A DNA stretch of 64,000 nucleotides from Crocinitomicaceae bacterium (GTDB lineage Bacteria > Bacteroidota > Bacteroidia > Flavobacteriales_D > Crocinitomicaceae). Where the stretch lies: NCBI GenBank assembly GCA_044361535.1, contig JBIKIQ010000004.1:49705-113704 (forward strand), read 5' to 3'. Positions 39,629 through 48,811 of this stretch are shown in pieces (the stretch's first letter is position 1; every line of letters starts with the position of its first letter). Below the pieces are notes generated by a model. The model saw only the letters and a program-made list of their open reading frames with translations, was not told the DNA's origin and did not search any database. Position numbers and translations under genes: made by a program.

Positions 39629-42189
39629 GAATGAAAAAAATACTTCTATTATGTATTTGCATTGCATCGTTAACTGCGGGATTTTCTCAGAAAGTAATAA
39701 CTATAGGTGATACAAATTCTCGATTTGATTTCATCAATCCCAAAGAATATGAGATTGGAGCAATTCGCGTTCAAGGAGCAGATAACTTTGACCATCAAGG
39801 AATTCGTTTGATTTCAGGGCTTCGTGTAGGTGAAAAAATAAAAATACCTGGTGAACCTATCACAAATGCGATTAAAAATTTGTGGAAAGAGGAAATTTTT
39901 TCAGATATTCAAATTGAAATAGAAAAAGAATTAGCAGGAGTGGTTTATCTCCTTATAAAACTGGAGCCAAGACCAAAACTTTCTCGCTTCATGTTTACGG
40001 GTATAAACCGTCGAGATGCTGATAAAATTCGCGAAGAAATCACCCTGTTTTCAGGTAAAACCATTACGGAAAATCTTGTGTTTCAAACCAACAACAAAAT
40101 AAGAGGTTATTTTCGAGAAAAAGGATTCTACGGTGTTGATGTTGCTATTGTTAGAGAAAAAGACACATTAATAAATAACGCTGAACTGTTTCGTATTAAT
40201 ATTAAAAAAGGTCCTAAAATTGGAATCAAAAAAATTATCATTGATGGCAATGAAGCAATTCCTGATTGGAAGCTTAAATGGGCAATGAAAGACACGAAGC
40301 AACGTGGTGTTTTTACCATATTTAGTCGCTCTAAATTCACCCAATCATCCTTTGATAAAGACAAAGACCTCCTTTTAGCTAAGTTCAATAAAGTGGGACT
40401 GAGAGATGCTGAAATTTCGCACGATACAGTATACAAATTAGATAGTAAAAATTTGATCGTACACATCAAAATAAACGAAGGATCAAAGTACTATTTTGGG
40501 GACATAGAATGGATTGGAAACACAAAATACAGATCCAGTTATCTTGATACGGTTTTAGGGATCAAGAAAGGAGATTTGTATAACAAAACGCTGCTTCAAA
40601 CACGGTTGAATGGAAGTCCTGAAGGAAGAGATATTTCATCACTATATATGGATCGCGGTTACTTATTCTTTAATGTCTTTCCAGTAGAGACCAATGTTAC
40701 CAATAATCAAATCAACTATCAAATTAGAATATTGGAAGGAAAAGAGGCTCGTAATGGAACTATTACCGTTCGAGGAAATACCAAAACAAGTGATTATGTC
40801 ATCATTCGAGAAATAAGAACCAAACCAGGTGATTTGTTCAACAAGGCAGATATTATGAGAACCCAACGAGAATTGTCTCAACTCGGTTTTTTCAATGATC
40901 AAGCATTTCAAGTAAATCCAATGCCAAATCCAGAAAAAGGTACTGTTGACATTGAATACGTTGTTGAAGAAAAATCCTCGGATCAAATTGAACTTTCAGG
41001 AGGTTACGGAGGCGCTGGAGCAAATACAGGTCCACGAATAATTGGAACTTTGGGCTTAACATTCAATAATTTTTCAACTAAAAAATTCTTTAAAAAAGAA
41101 GCTTGGTCACCATTACCTGGCGGTGATGGGCAACGTTTATCAATACGTGCTCAATCAAACGGATCCTTTTTTCAGAGTTATACCTTTTCATTTACTGAAC
41201 CATGGTTGGGTGGAAAAAAACCAACTTCCTTATCGTACTGGATAAATCACACCGCTATATCAAATGGTAGATTTTTAAGAAGCAATCCTTCCTATTCAGG
41301 GGTGGGTATTTCGGGAACAGGACTTGCCATTCAGAAAAGATTAAAATGGCCTGATGATTATTTCACCAACTCTTATGAGCTTAGTTATCAGTATTATGAT
41401 GTAATGAATTACAATGTCTTCCCAAATTTAACAAAAGGATATGCGAATGACATTGCCTTAAAATATACACTTCAAAGAAGTTCGGTTAGTGCTCCAATTT
41501 ATCCGCAAAGTGGTTCTAATTTTAGTTTAACGCTAAAAGGTAGCTTACCTTACTCACTTTTTGAAGATAAAGATTACACAAATTCAAGTTCACAAGAGCG
41601 ATACAAGTACTTAGAATATTTTAAAGTGAAATTTACGGGAGAATGGTATTTGCCTTTATCGCCTGATAAGAAACTAGTATTGATGCCTCGATTTGGATTT
41701 GGATTCATGGGGGCTTATAACAAATCCAAAGGTGTTACACCGTTTGACAGATTTACAATGGGTGGAAGTGGCTTAACAGGAATTGGCCAAATAGGCGGTA
41801 GAGAAATCATTGCTTTAAGAGGATATGAGGATCAAACTATTTCAAGTTTCGGTGGAGATCCAATAATCGCAAAATACACCTTGGAACTACGATATCCAAT
41901 ATCATTAAATCCTTCCGCAACTTTTTATGCAATGGTTTTTGCGGAGGCAGGAAATACATTTCCAAGTTTTCAGAAATTCAATCCTTTTAATGTAAAGAAA
42001 ACAGCTGGAGTTGGAATTAGAGTATTTCTACCAATGTTTGGAATGCTCGGGCTTGACTACGGCTTAGGTTTTGATAAATTGGATTATTGGTCAGATGGAT
42101 TTGGCAAAGCATCAGATTCTTCAATTAGTACAAAAGGATTTTATCCAAAACTGACCTTTACCATTGGAATGAACCTAGGTGAATTATAG
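39625..42189 (+). CDS. bamA: Outer membrane protein assembly factor BamA
   Basis: Signal peptide, five POTRA-like segments, C-terminal Omp85 barrel ('FTMGGSGLTG...LRGYED', 'ELRYPI', 'FAEAGN'). Sits in the conserved uppS-bamA-skp order. The ATG at 39625 overlaps the uppS stop; the ATG at 39631 is also possible. Confidence 0.9.
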   Translation: MRMKKILLLCICIASLTAGFSQKVITIGDTNSRFDFINPKEYEIGAIRVQGADNFDHQGIRLISGLRVGEKIKIPGEPITNAIKNLWKEEIFSDIQIEIEKELAGVVYLLIKLEPRPKLSRFMFTGINRRDADKIREEITLFSGKTITENLVFQTNNKIRGYFREKGFYGVDVAIVREKDTLINNAELFRINIKKGPKIGIKKIIIDGNEAIPDWKLKWAMKDTKQRGVFTIFSRSKFTQSSFDKDKDLLLAKFNKVGLRDAEISHDTVYKLDSKNLIVHIKINEGSKYYFGDIEWIGNTKYRSSYLDTVLGIKKGDLYNKTLLQTRLNGSPEGRDISSLYMDRGYLFFNVFPVETNVTNNQINYQIRILEGKEARNGTITVRGNTKTSDYVIIREIRTKPGDLFNKADIMRTQRELSQLGFFNDQAFQVNPMPNPEKGTVDIEYVVEEKSSDQIELSGGYGGAGANTGPRIIGTLGLTFNNFSTKKFFKKEAWSPLPGGDGQRLSIRAQSNGSFFQSYTFSFTEPWLGGKKPTSLSYWINHTAISNGRFLRSNPSYSGVGISGTGLAIQKRLKWPDDYFTNSYELSYQYYDVMNYNVFPNLTKGYANDIALKYTLQRSSVSAPIYPQSGSNFSLTLKGSLPYSLFEDKDYTNSSSQERYKYLEYFKVKFTGEWYLPLSPDKKLVLMPRFGFGFMGAYNKSKGVTPFDRFTMGGSGLTGIGQIGGREIIALRGYEDQTISSFGGDPIIAKYTLELRYPISLNPSATFYAMVFAEAGNTFPSFQKFNPFNVKKTAGVGIRVFLPMFGMLGLDYGLGFDKLDYWSDGFGKASDSSISTKGFYPKLTFTIGMNLGEL

Positions 42190-42205
42190 ATTTAAAAGTA
42201 GTATT

Positions 42206-42727
42206 ATGAAAACTGGAAAATGGTTAATTTTTTTGTTGGTTATGTTTGGCACATACTTTGCCAATGGACAAAAATATGCGTATATTGATTCGGATTACAT
42301 TTTAAAAAAAATGCCTGAATACCAAGATTCAAAAGAGAAATTGGATAAGTTAGCAGATCGTTGGACAAAAGAAATTGAGGAGTTGTATGCAACTCTTAAA
42401 ACAAAAAAAGATAATTTTGCCAAAGAAGAAGTTTTGCTTCCTGAAGAAGAAAAGAACAAACGTTCTGAGGAGATAAAAAAACTTGAGCAAGATGCAGTGA
42501 AGGTTCAAACTTCACATTTTGGGGTGACTGGAGATTATTTTCAAAAAAGACAAGAATTAATAAAACCCATTCAAGATAAAGTTTTTGAAGCGATGCAAAA
42601 AGTCGCACAAAAAAAGGGATATTCTTTTGTTTTTGACAAGTCTAATCAAAGTAATTTGGTTTATGCAGAAACAAAATTTGATTTAAGTAATGATGTTTTA
42701 AAAGAAATGGGTATATCAATTAAATAA
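42206..42727 (+). CDS. OmpH/Skp-family periplasmic chaperone
   Basis: Signal peptide, 'KYAYIDSDYILKKMPEYQ', a coiled-coil-rich body, ~170 aa. ATG at 42206 preferred over the GTG at 42179, which overlaps bamA. Confidence 0.8.
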   Translation: MKTGKWLIFLLVMFGTYFANGQKYAYIDSDYILKKMPEYQDSKEKLDKLADRWTKEIEELYATLKTKKDNFAKEEVLLPEEEKNKRSEEIKKLEQDAVKVQTSHFGVTGDYFQKRQELIKPIQDKVFEAMQKVAQKKGYSFVFDKSNQSNLVYAETKFDLSNDVLKEMGISIK

Positions 42728-42736
42728 AAAATAAAA

Positions 42737-43255
42737 ATGAAAAAAACACTTTCAATTGTAGCTTTACTTTTTGTAACAAATTTCGCTATTTCACAATCTA
42801 AAGTAGCACACGTAGATTCTCAACAACTTCTTGATACAATGCCTTCAAGAGAGCTGGCTTTAAAAGAAATTAAAGACATTGAAGAAGAATTCAAAACTGA
42901 GCTTCAAACCATGTATGAAGAGTACGAAAAAACCCGAGCAAAACTTGAAGCAGAGAGAAGCTCACTTTCACCTACAATTATTAAATCTCGTGAAACAAAT
43001 TTAATGGGATTGGGACAACGTATTCAAGAAAGAGAACAAACTATTCAAAATGAACTCCAAATACGCGCTCAAGAATTAAACCAACCAATTTTTGAAAGAG
43101 TAAAACAAGCTGTAGATATTGTTGCAGATAGAAAGAAACTAAATTACGTAATTGACGGATCAAATATGCTGTATACTAAAGGAGGAATGGACATTACTGC
43201 GGAAGTAATTGTTGAACTTCTTAAGCTGGATGCTGCAGCATTGAATAAAAAATAA
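42737..43255 (+). CDS. OmpH/Skp-family periplasmic chaperone (second copy)
   Basis: Signal peptide 'LLFVTNFAISQ', 'KVAHVDSQQLLDTMP', coiled-coil body. Confidence 0.8.
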   Translation: MKKTLSIVALLFVTNFAISQSKVAHVDSQQLLDTMPSRELALKEIKDIEEEFKTELQTMYEEYEKTRAKLEAERSSLSPTIIKSRETNLMGLGQRIQEREQTIQNELQIRAQELNQPIFERVKQAVDIVADRKKLNYVIDGSNMLYTKGGMDITAEVIVELLKLDAAALNKK

Positions 43256-43260
43256 AACCT

Positions 43261-43752
43261 ATGAAAATTTTTCTCGCTATCCCCCTTCTTTTGCTAGCAA
43301 TTTCGTGCGGAGCTCAAAAAGAAAGTGCATCTAAAAATTCAAACGAAGGTTTGGTTTGGCACACTGATATGAATAAAGCAATTGCCATTTCGCAAAAAGA
43401 AAACAAACCCATGATGTTGTTTTTCACTGGTAGCGATTGGTGTGGCTGGTGTATTAGACTTCAAAAGGAAGTTTTTTTAACTGAAACGTTTACGAAATGG
43501 GCCAATGACAATGTTATTTTAGTTGAATTAGATTTCCCTAAAAGCAAACCTCAAACGGATGCAATCAAACAACAAAACAGTCAATTGCAACAGACTTTTG
43601 CAGTACAAGGATATCCAACTGTGTTTTTTGTGAATGCAAAAAAAACAGAGAAAGAAAAATACGATTTAACGTCTCTTGGAAAAACAGGATATGTAGCCGG
43701 AGGTCCAGATAAATGGATTGAAGGTGCAAACGCTATGATTAAAACTAAATAG
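43261..43752 (+). CDS. Secreted thioredoxin-fold protein (CxxC)
   Basis: Lipobox-like 'LLAISCGA'. 'MMLFFTGSDWCGWCIRLQKEVF' contains CGWC. Confidence 0.75.
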   Translation: MKIFLAIPLLLLAISCGAQKESASKNSNEGLVWHTDMNKAIAISQKENKPMMLFFTGSDWCGWCIRLQKEVFLTETFTKWANDNVILVELDFPKSKPQTDAIKQQNSQLQQTFAVQGYPTVFFVNAKKTEKEKYDLTSLGKTGYVAGGPDKWIEGANAMIKTK

Positions 43753-43795
43753 GCAATTTAATCCTGACTTTGCTTCTTATCTAATTTGGGTATTC

Positions 43796-46700
43796 TTAAT
43801 TGATAATTTTAAGTTTACCCATTTTCTCCATCGCATCTTTGATGTGAATAACGGGCTCTATTATCAAACGTAATTTTTCATTCTGTTGAACTAATCTATA
43901 TCCAGTTGGATTGGCTTGAATTGTATTCAATAAATTCATGAATATTTCTGTTTCGTAAAAAGTTGATTGAGGATTCGAAATAAAATACCCCACTAATTTC
44001 TGTGATTTTATTACAATTCGTTCCATTCCCAATTCCTGAGCCAACCAACGCAATTGGAATGAAATCAGTAATTCCTTTACCTCTCTTGGTAACGGACCAA
44101 AACGATCAACAAGTCTAATTGAAAATTTGGTTAACTCTTCTTCAGACTTTAAATTGTCTAATTCTTGATACAAACTTAATCGCTCTGCAACGTTGTTCAC
44201 GTAATCATCCGGAATTCGAACTTCCTGATCAGTCTCAAATACACAATCATTGAAATAATTCTGGAAACTGTCTGACTCTCGTTCATCGAAAAGATCTTTG
44301 AATTCATTTTCACGCAATTCTTGCATAGCCTCATTCAATATCTTCTGATACATTTCAAATCCAATTTCAGAAATAAATCCACTTTGCTCACCGCCCAATA
44401 AATTTCCGGCTCCACGAATGTCTAAATCTTTCATCGCAATATTGAATCCAGAACCCAAATCTGAGAATTGAACCAAGGCCTCTAATCGTTTTCTTGCCTC
44501 TGATGTTAGGATACTAAATTTTGGAGAAATCAAATAACAAAAAGCTTTTTTGTTGCTTCTCCCTACCCTACCTCGCAATTGATGCAAATCACTTAAACCA
44601 AATTGATGAGCATCATTGATTATAATTGTATTCGCATTTGAAATATCAATTCCAGATTCAATAATTGTTGTGGCAATCAAAACATCATAGGATCCGTCAA
44701 TGAAATCCATCATCACTTTTTCCAAATCTTTTCCTTCCATTTGTCCGTGACCAATGCCAATGCGAATTCCTGGACACAACCGTTGAATCATTCCAGCAAT
44801 TTCACGAATATTTGACAATCGATTATTTACGAAAAACACCTGCCCTCCCCTACTTACTTCATAAGAAATTGCATCACGAATTGCCTCTTCGTTAAATGAA
44901 ATAATTTCAGTCAAAACCGGCTGACGATTAGGAGGAGGTGTATTTATTATACTCAAATCACGCGCTCCCATTAATGAAAATTGCAAAGTGCGGGGAATTG
45001 GAGTTGCTGTAAGCGTTAACGTATCAACCGTAGCTCGCAAGGTTTTTAGTTTGTCTTTTACTGATACACCAAACTTCTGCTCTTCATCAATAATCATCAA
45101 GCCCAAATCTTTGAATTTGACCCGATCCGCTGCCAAAGCATGAGTTCCAATTAGAATATCTATTTCACCACTTGCTACTTTTTTAAGTGTTTCAGTAGTT
45201 TGCTTGGTCGATTTAAAACGATTGATATAATCAACAGTACATGGAAAATCCTTTAGGCGTTCTTTAAAACTTCGAAAATGCTGCATGGATAGTATGGTAG
45301 TTGGAACCAATACCGCTACTTGTTTTGAATCAGCAACCGCTTTAAATGCTGCTCGAATGGCAATTTCCGTTTTTCCAAAACCAACATCTCCACAAACCAA
45401 CCGATCCATAGGTGTTGCAGATTCCATATCTTGTTTGAATGCAGCCGTGGCTTTTGCCTGATCGGGAGTATCTTCATACATAAAAGAAACCTCCAATTCA
45501 TTTTGAAGATACGAATCTGGTGAAAAAGCAAAACCTGGTTGACTTTTTCTTTTGGCATACAGTTGAATTAAATCAAATGCAAGCTCTTTGATTTTCTTTT
45601 TTGTTTTGTTTTTGAGCGTTGACCAAGCCTGAGTTCCTAATTTATTCATTTTAGGAACAGTTCCATCTTTACCGGTAAATTTTGAAATCCTATGAAGCGA
45701 ATGAATTCCAACATATAAAACATCTCCATCTTTATAAACTAATCGAATAGCTTCTTGAGGTTTGCCATTGACATCAATTGTTTCTAGTCCAGAAAATTGA
45801 CCAATGCCATGATCAATATGCGTGACGTAATCACCTTTTTGTAGGTTGTAAATTTCTTTTAGCGTTAATGCTTGTTTGGCTTGTTGAAAACCTTCCTTTA
45901 AACGAAACCGATGGTATCTTTCAAAGATTTGATGATCTGTATAACAAACTAACTTTAAGGATGGGGCGATAAATCCTTCGTGTAAAGACGAATTCATTGA
46001 AACAAACTGAACATCTTGATTTATATCCTGAAAAATTTGATGGAGTCGTTCAATTTGTTTTGGCTGATTGGAAAATATAAGATTTGTATTCCCAAGATTT
46101 GTTCGCTCTACCAAATCAGTTGACAATAAATCAAAATTCTTATTGAAACTTGGCTGAGGGATGAAATCAAAATCAACGATTATCGTTGGATCATAGTTTT
46201 TCTTAGCTCCCCATTCAATAATTCGCAATTCAATTATTTCACATAAAGCAGCTGATGGATGAAGGTATAAATCGCTGGGAATTGCAAATTTCACAGTTGA
46301 TTCAAGGGAGTTAAATATTGCTAATGCCTTATCGTATTCTTTTTTAAGCGAATCTTCAATTTGTTCCACATCAGATAGCCAAACCACAGCATCTTTTCCA
46401 ATAAATTCAAAAAATGAACTTACTCCTTGTTGGATGAGACTCCCTTGAATATTTGGGACAATAAAGAAATACTGATGCGTTTTCTCAGATAATTGAGTCG
46501 ACGGATCAAAAGTTCGAATCGAATCCACCTCATCGCCAAAAAACTCTATACGAAAAGGCAAATCATGCGAATATGAAAACACATCAACTATACCGCCACG
46601 AATTGAAAATTGGCCAGGCTCGTAAACAAAATCAACACGATCAAAATGATAATCCAACAAGAGTTCATTGAGAAAATCTATGGAATACGAACTCGAAACT

Positions 46701-47137
46701 TGCACTTTTAAGGTGTTTTCTACCAGTTTTTTTTGGGTTGGTATTTTTTCAAACAATGCGTTAGGATAGGTAACAACCCAGTTATTAGATCCTTGAGTTA
46801 TTCTTTCCAAAACCTCTGCACGGGCCACTACATTCGCATTGTCTGTTTGTTCCAATTGATAAGGAACTTTATACGATGCTGGATAAAATAAAATACGTTT
46901 ATTATCCGGATAAAGCCCTTGAAGGTCATTGAGGAAATAGGCAGCATCCTCCTTATCAGATAGAATAAATACATGATTCCCTGGAACCTGATCTGCAGTT
47001 GCTGCTGCACAAATACTTCGTGAAGACCCCACCAATCCTTTCCAATGTATACGTTGAGCCTTATTACCTAAAGCTTGTGCCGTTTCTTCTACCGGTTGAT
47101 ATGCCCGAAAAAAATCTAAAAAATTCTTTAAATCCAT
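43796..47137 (-). CDS. mfd: Transcription-repair coupling factor
   Basis: 1113 aa. Walker A 'CGDVGFGKTEIA', 'IIDEEQKFG', 'ATPIPRTL', helicase motif VI 'HQLRGRVGRS' and a C-terminal TRCF domain. Confidence 0.95.
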   Translation of the reverse strand: MDLKNFLDFFRAYQPVEETAQALGNKAQRIHWKGLVGSSRSICAAATADQVPGNHVFILSDKEDAAYFLNDLQGLYPDNKRILFYPASYKVPYQLEQTDNANVVARAEVLERITQGSNNWVVTYPNALFEKIPTQKKLVENTLKVQVSSSYSIDFLNELLLDYHFDRVDFVYEPGQFSIRGGIVDVFSYSHDLPFRIEFFGDEVDSIRTFDPSTQLSEKTHQYFFIVPNIQGSLIQQGVSSFFEFIGKDAVVWLSDVEQIEDSLKKEYDKALAIFNSLESTVKFAIPSDLYLHPSAALCEIIELRIIEWGAKKNYDPTIIVDFDFIPQPSFNKNFDLLSTDLVERTNLGNTNLIFSNQPKQIERLHQIFQDINQDVQFVSMNSSLHEGFIAPSLKLVCYTDHQIFERYHRFRLKEGFQQAKQALTLKEIYNLQKGDYVTHIDHGIGQFSGLETIDVNGKPQEAIRLVYKDGDVLYVGIHSLHRISKFTGKDGTVPKMNKLGTQAWSTLKNKTKKKIKELAFDLIQLYAKRKSQPGFAFSPDSYLQNELEVSFMYEDTPDQAKATAAFKQDMESATPMDRLVCGDVGFGKTEIAIRAAFKAVADSKQVAVLVPTTILSMQHFRSFKERLKDFPCTVDYINRFKSTKQTTETLKKVASGEIDILIGTHALAADRVKFKDLGLMIIDEEQKFGVSVKDKLKTLRATVDTLTLTATPIPRTLQFSLMGARDLSIINTPPPNRQPVLTEIISFNEEAIRDAISYEVSRGGQVFFVNNRLSNIREIAGMIQRLCPGIRIGIGHGQMEGKDLEKVMMDFIDGSYDVLIATTIIESGIDISNANTIIINDAHQFGLSDLHQLRGRVGRSNKKAFCYLISPKFSILTSEARKRLEALVQFSDLGSGFNIAMKDLDIRGAGNLLGGEQSGFISEIGFEMYQKILNEAMQELRENEFKDLFDERESDSFQNYFNDCVFETDQEVRIPDDYVNNVAERLSLYQELDNLKSEEELTKFSIRLVDRFGPLPREVKELLISFQLRWLAQELGMERIVIKSQKLVGYFISNPQSTFYETEIFMNLLNTIQANPTGYRLVQQNEKLRLIIEPVIHIKDAMEKMGKLKIIN

Positions 47138-47279
47138 ATTTGTGACCGCTAAATTATTGAAAAAGTAGGTGGTAGCGTTTAAAATAGGTTTGATTCGTAT
47201 TATTTTTCCTTTTTAATGGACTTTTAAACAAAATACATAGGATTTAATGTATTTTCGTTTTCTAATTAAATGGTAGTTT

Positions 47280-47969
47280 ATGAAAAAGATTTTTTTGATT
47301 TTGAGTTATGTGTTTATAACAATAGTAATTTCATCAGCATGTGGTGAAGACAATGGATCGAAAACCGAGGGTAATTCATCCACAAAAAACGCGTTGAAAA
47401 GTAATTCAGACACACTAAAGCAAGCCCCTACTGAGGAAACTAAAAAAGCGTTTATCCAGGTTTTCACATCCAGTGGTATTGTATTTGATCAACCTTGTCA
47501 AAGCAAAATCATTCTTTGTGTTGAATCAGGTGTTGCAAGGGCAATTCATGTAAATTGCGAAGACGAATATGCTCTTTTTAATTACTTAGACGGAGAAGCA
47601 GATGGTTTAACATATTCTGGCAAAGGTTCTTTTTTCGATAATTGCGGAGGTAGTGATCCCGAAAAAACAATGTGCAAATCAACTAAACCTTTCAAAATGG
47701 AGTTAGATAAGGATTCTTCTAAATTGAAATTCAATGGAACAAAATACGCTCAGTCAAATTCGAAATTATCATTCAAAACCAAAGGAATGAAGCTATACGA
47801 ATCTCCTGATTCCAAATCAGAAATAATCGAACAGATTGCGGATACCAAGGCAAAGGTCGAATTGCTGGGAATTGGAGAGCTACAAAAAAAGGGAACGGAG
47901 TGGGGAATTTGGTATAGAGTTAAGGTAAATGAGCAAGAAGGATGGTGTTTGGATTGCTTAAATTTCTAA
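47280..47969 (+). CDS. Hypothetical lipoprotein
   Basis: Lipobox 'VISSACGE'. The C-terminal ~60 aa ('MKLYESPDSKSEII...WYRVKVNEQEGW') resemble a bacterial SH3-like domain. Confidence 0.5.
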   Translation: MKKIFLILSYVFITIVISSACGEDNGSKTEGNSSTKNALKSNSDTLKQAPTEETKKAFIQVFTSSGIVFDQPCQSKIILCVESGVARAIHVNCEDEYALFNYLDGEADGLTYSGKGSFFDNCGGSDPEKTMCKSTKPFKMELDKDSSKLKFNGTKYAQSNSKLSFKTKGMKLYESPDSKSEIIEQIADTKAKVELLGIGELQKKGTEWGIWYRVKVNEQEGWCLDCLNF

Positions 47970-48019
47970 AATTTAGTCTGAAAGTTAGGGTTAACTCTTG
48001 GTGATTTAGTAAATTATTG

Positions 48020-48027
48020 TATCTTTG
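48020..48027 (+). promoter_or_regulatory. Putative -7 promoter box for rplU-rpmA
   Basis: 'tatctttg', 39 nt upstream of the ATG at 48067. Confidence 0.5.
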
Positions 48028-48066
48028 CATCCCCATTTTGGGGAAATTAATTAAAAATTTAGCTAT

Positions 48067-48381
48067 ATGTACGCAATTGTAGAGATAGCAGGGCAGCAAT
48101 TCAAAGTGCAAAAAGATCAAAAGATTTTTGTACATCGTTTAGCAGCAGAAAGCGGAGAAAAAGTTTCTTTTGACCGTGTTTTGTTGGTTGACAATGATGG
48201 AAAAATCCAAGTTGGCGCCCCAGCTATAGCAGGAGCAGTAGTTTCTGCAGAAGTGAATGATCACGTGAAAGGAGACAAAGTAATTGTTTTCAAGAAAAAA
48301 CGTCGTAAAGGGTATAAAAAGAAAAATGGTCATCGCCAGTCTTTTACAAGCATTACGATTAAAGACATTAAAGTAAATTAA
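48067..48381 (+). CDS. rplU: 50S ribosomal protein L21
   Basis: '[25 protein letters not shown]' and '[23 protein letters not shown]'. Confidence 0.95.
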   Translation: MYAIVEIAGQQFKVQKDQKIFVHRLAAESGEKVSFDRVLLVDNDGKIQVGAPAIAGAVVSAEVNDHVKGDKVIVFKKKRRKGYKKKNGHRQSFTSITIKDIKVN

Positions 48382-48396
48382 TTAAAAGTTTAAATC

Positions 48397-48666
48397 ATGG
48401 CACATAAGAAAGGAGTCGGTAGTTCTAAAAACGGACGAGAGTCACACAGCAAACGCTTAGGTGTAAAAATATTTGGTGGACAAGCTGCAATCGCAGGAAA
48501 TATTATCGTTCGTCAAAGAGGAACAACTCATCACCCAGGAAATAATGTTGGAATTGGTAAAGACCATACATTGTTCGCTCTTGTTGACGGGGTTGTTGAA
48601 TTTAGAAAAAAGAAAGATAATCGTTCATTTGTTTCAGTAACTCCGCTTGAAGTAACAGAAGCTTAA
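48397..48666 (+). CDS. rpmA: 50S ribosomal protein L27
   Basis: '[24 protein letters not shown]' and '[22 protein letters not shown]'. Confidence 0.95.
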   Translation: MAHKKGVGSSKNGRESHSKRLGVKIFGGQAAIAGNIIVRQRGTTHHPGNNVGIGKDHTLFALVDGVVEFRKKKDNRSFVSVTPLEVTEA

Positions 48667-48687
48667 TCGATTATATTTATAGTATTT

Positions 48688-48712
48688 AAACCGCTCACAA
48701 GGCGGTTTTTTT
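48688..48712 (+). terminator. Rho-independent terminator after rpmA
   Basis: 'aaaccgc-tcacaag-gcggttttttt', a short GC stem followed by T7, 22 nt after the rpmA stop. Confidence 0.6.
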
Positions 48713-48796
48713 ATGCCCAACATTTTCTGTTATTAAATGGGAATTATCAATGCATTAACATTTTAGTCTTTTTGTTTAAACCTCAAACTTTGTTTG

Positions 48797-48804
48797 TATA
48801 TTTG
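48797..48804 (+). promoter_or_regulatory. Putative -7 promoter box for the LTD protein gene
   Basis: 'tatatttg', 7 nt upstream of the ATG at 48812. Confidence 0.4.
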
Positions 48805-48811
48805 AAATTCA

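Noticed and set aside
47230-47255. 9-bp inverted repeat 'aaaatacat-N8-atgtatttt' between mfd and the lipoprotein gene
   Set aside because: The stem is all A/T except for one C-G pair, so any hairpin would be weak. It is expected by chance when a range of spacers is allowed, and it is not followed by a convincing U-tract.
48031-48043. 'ccccattttgggg' hairpin between the rplU promoter box and the start codon, considered as a possible L21-operon leader
   Set aside because: It has only a 4-bp stem. Known ribosomal-protein leaders are much larger structures, and I cannot assess conservation here. It was left as an observation only.
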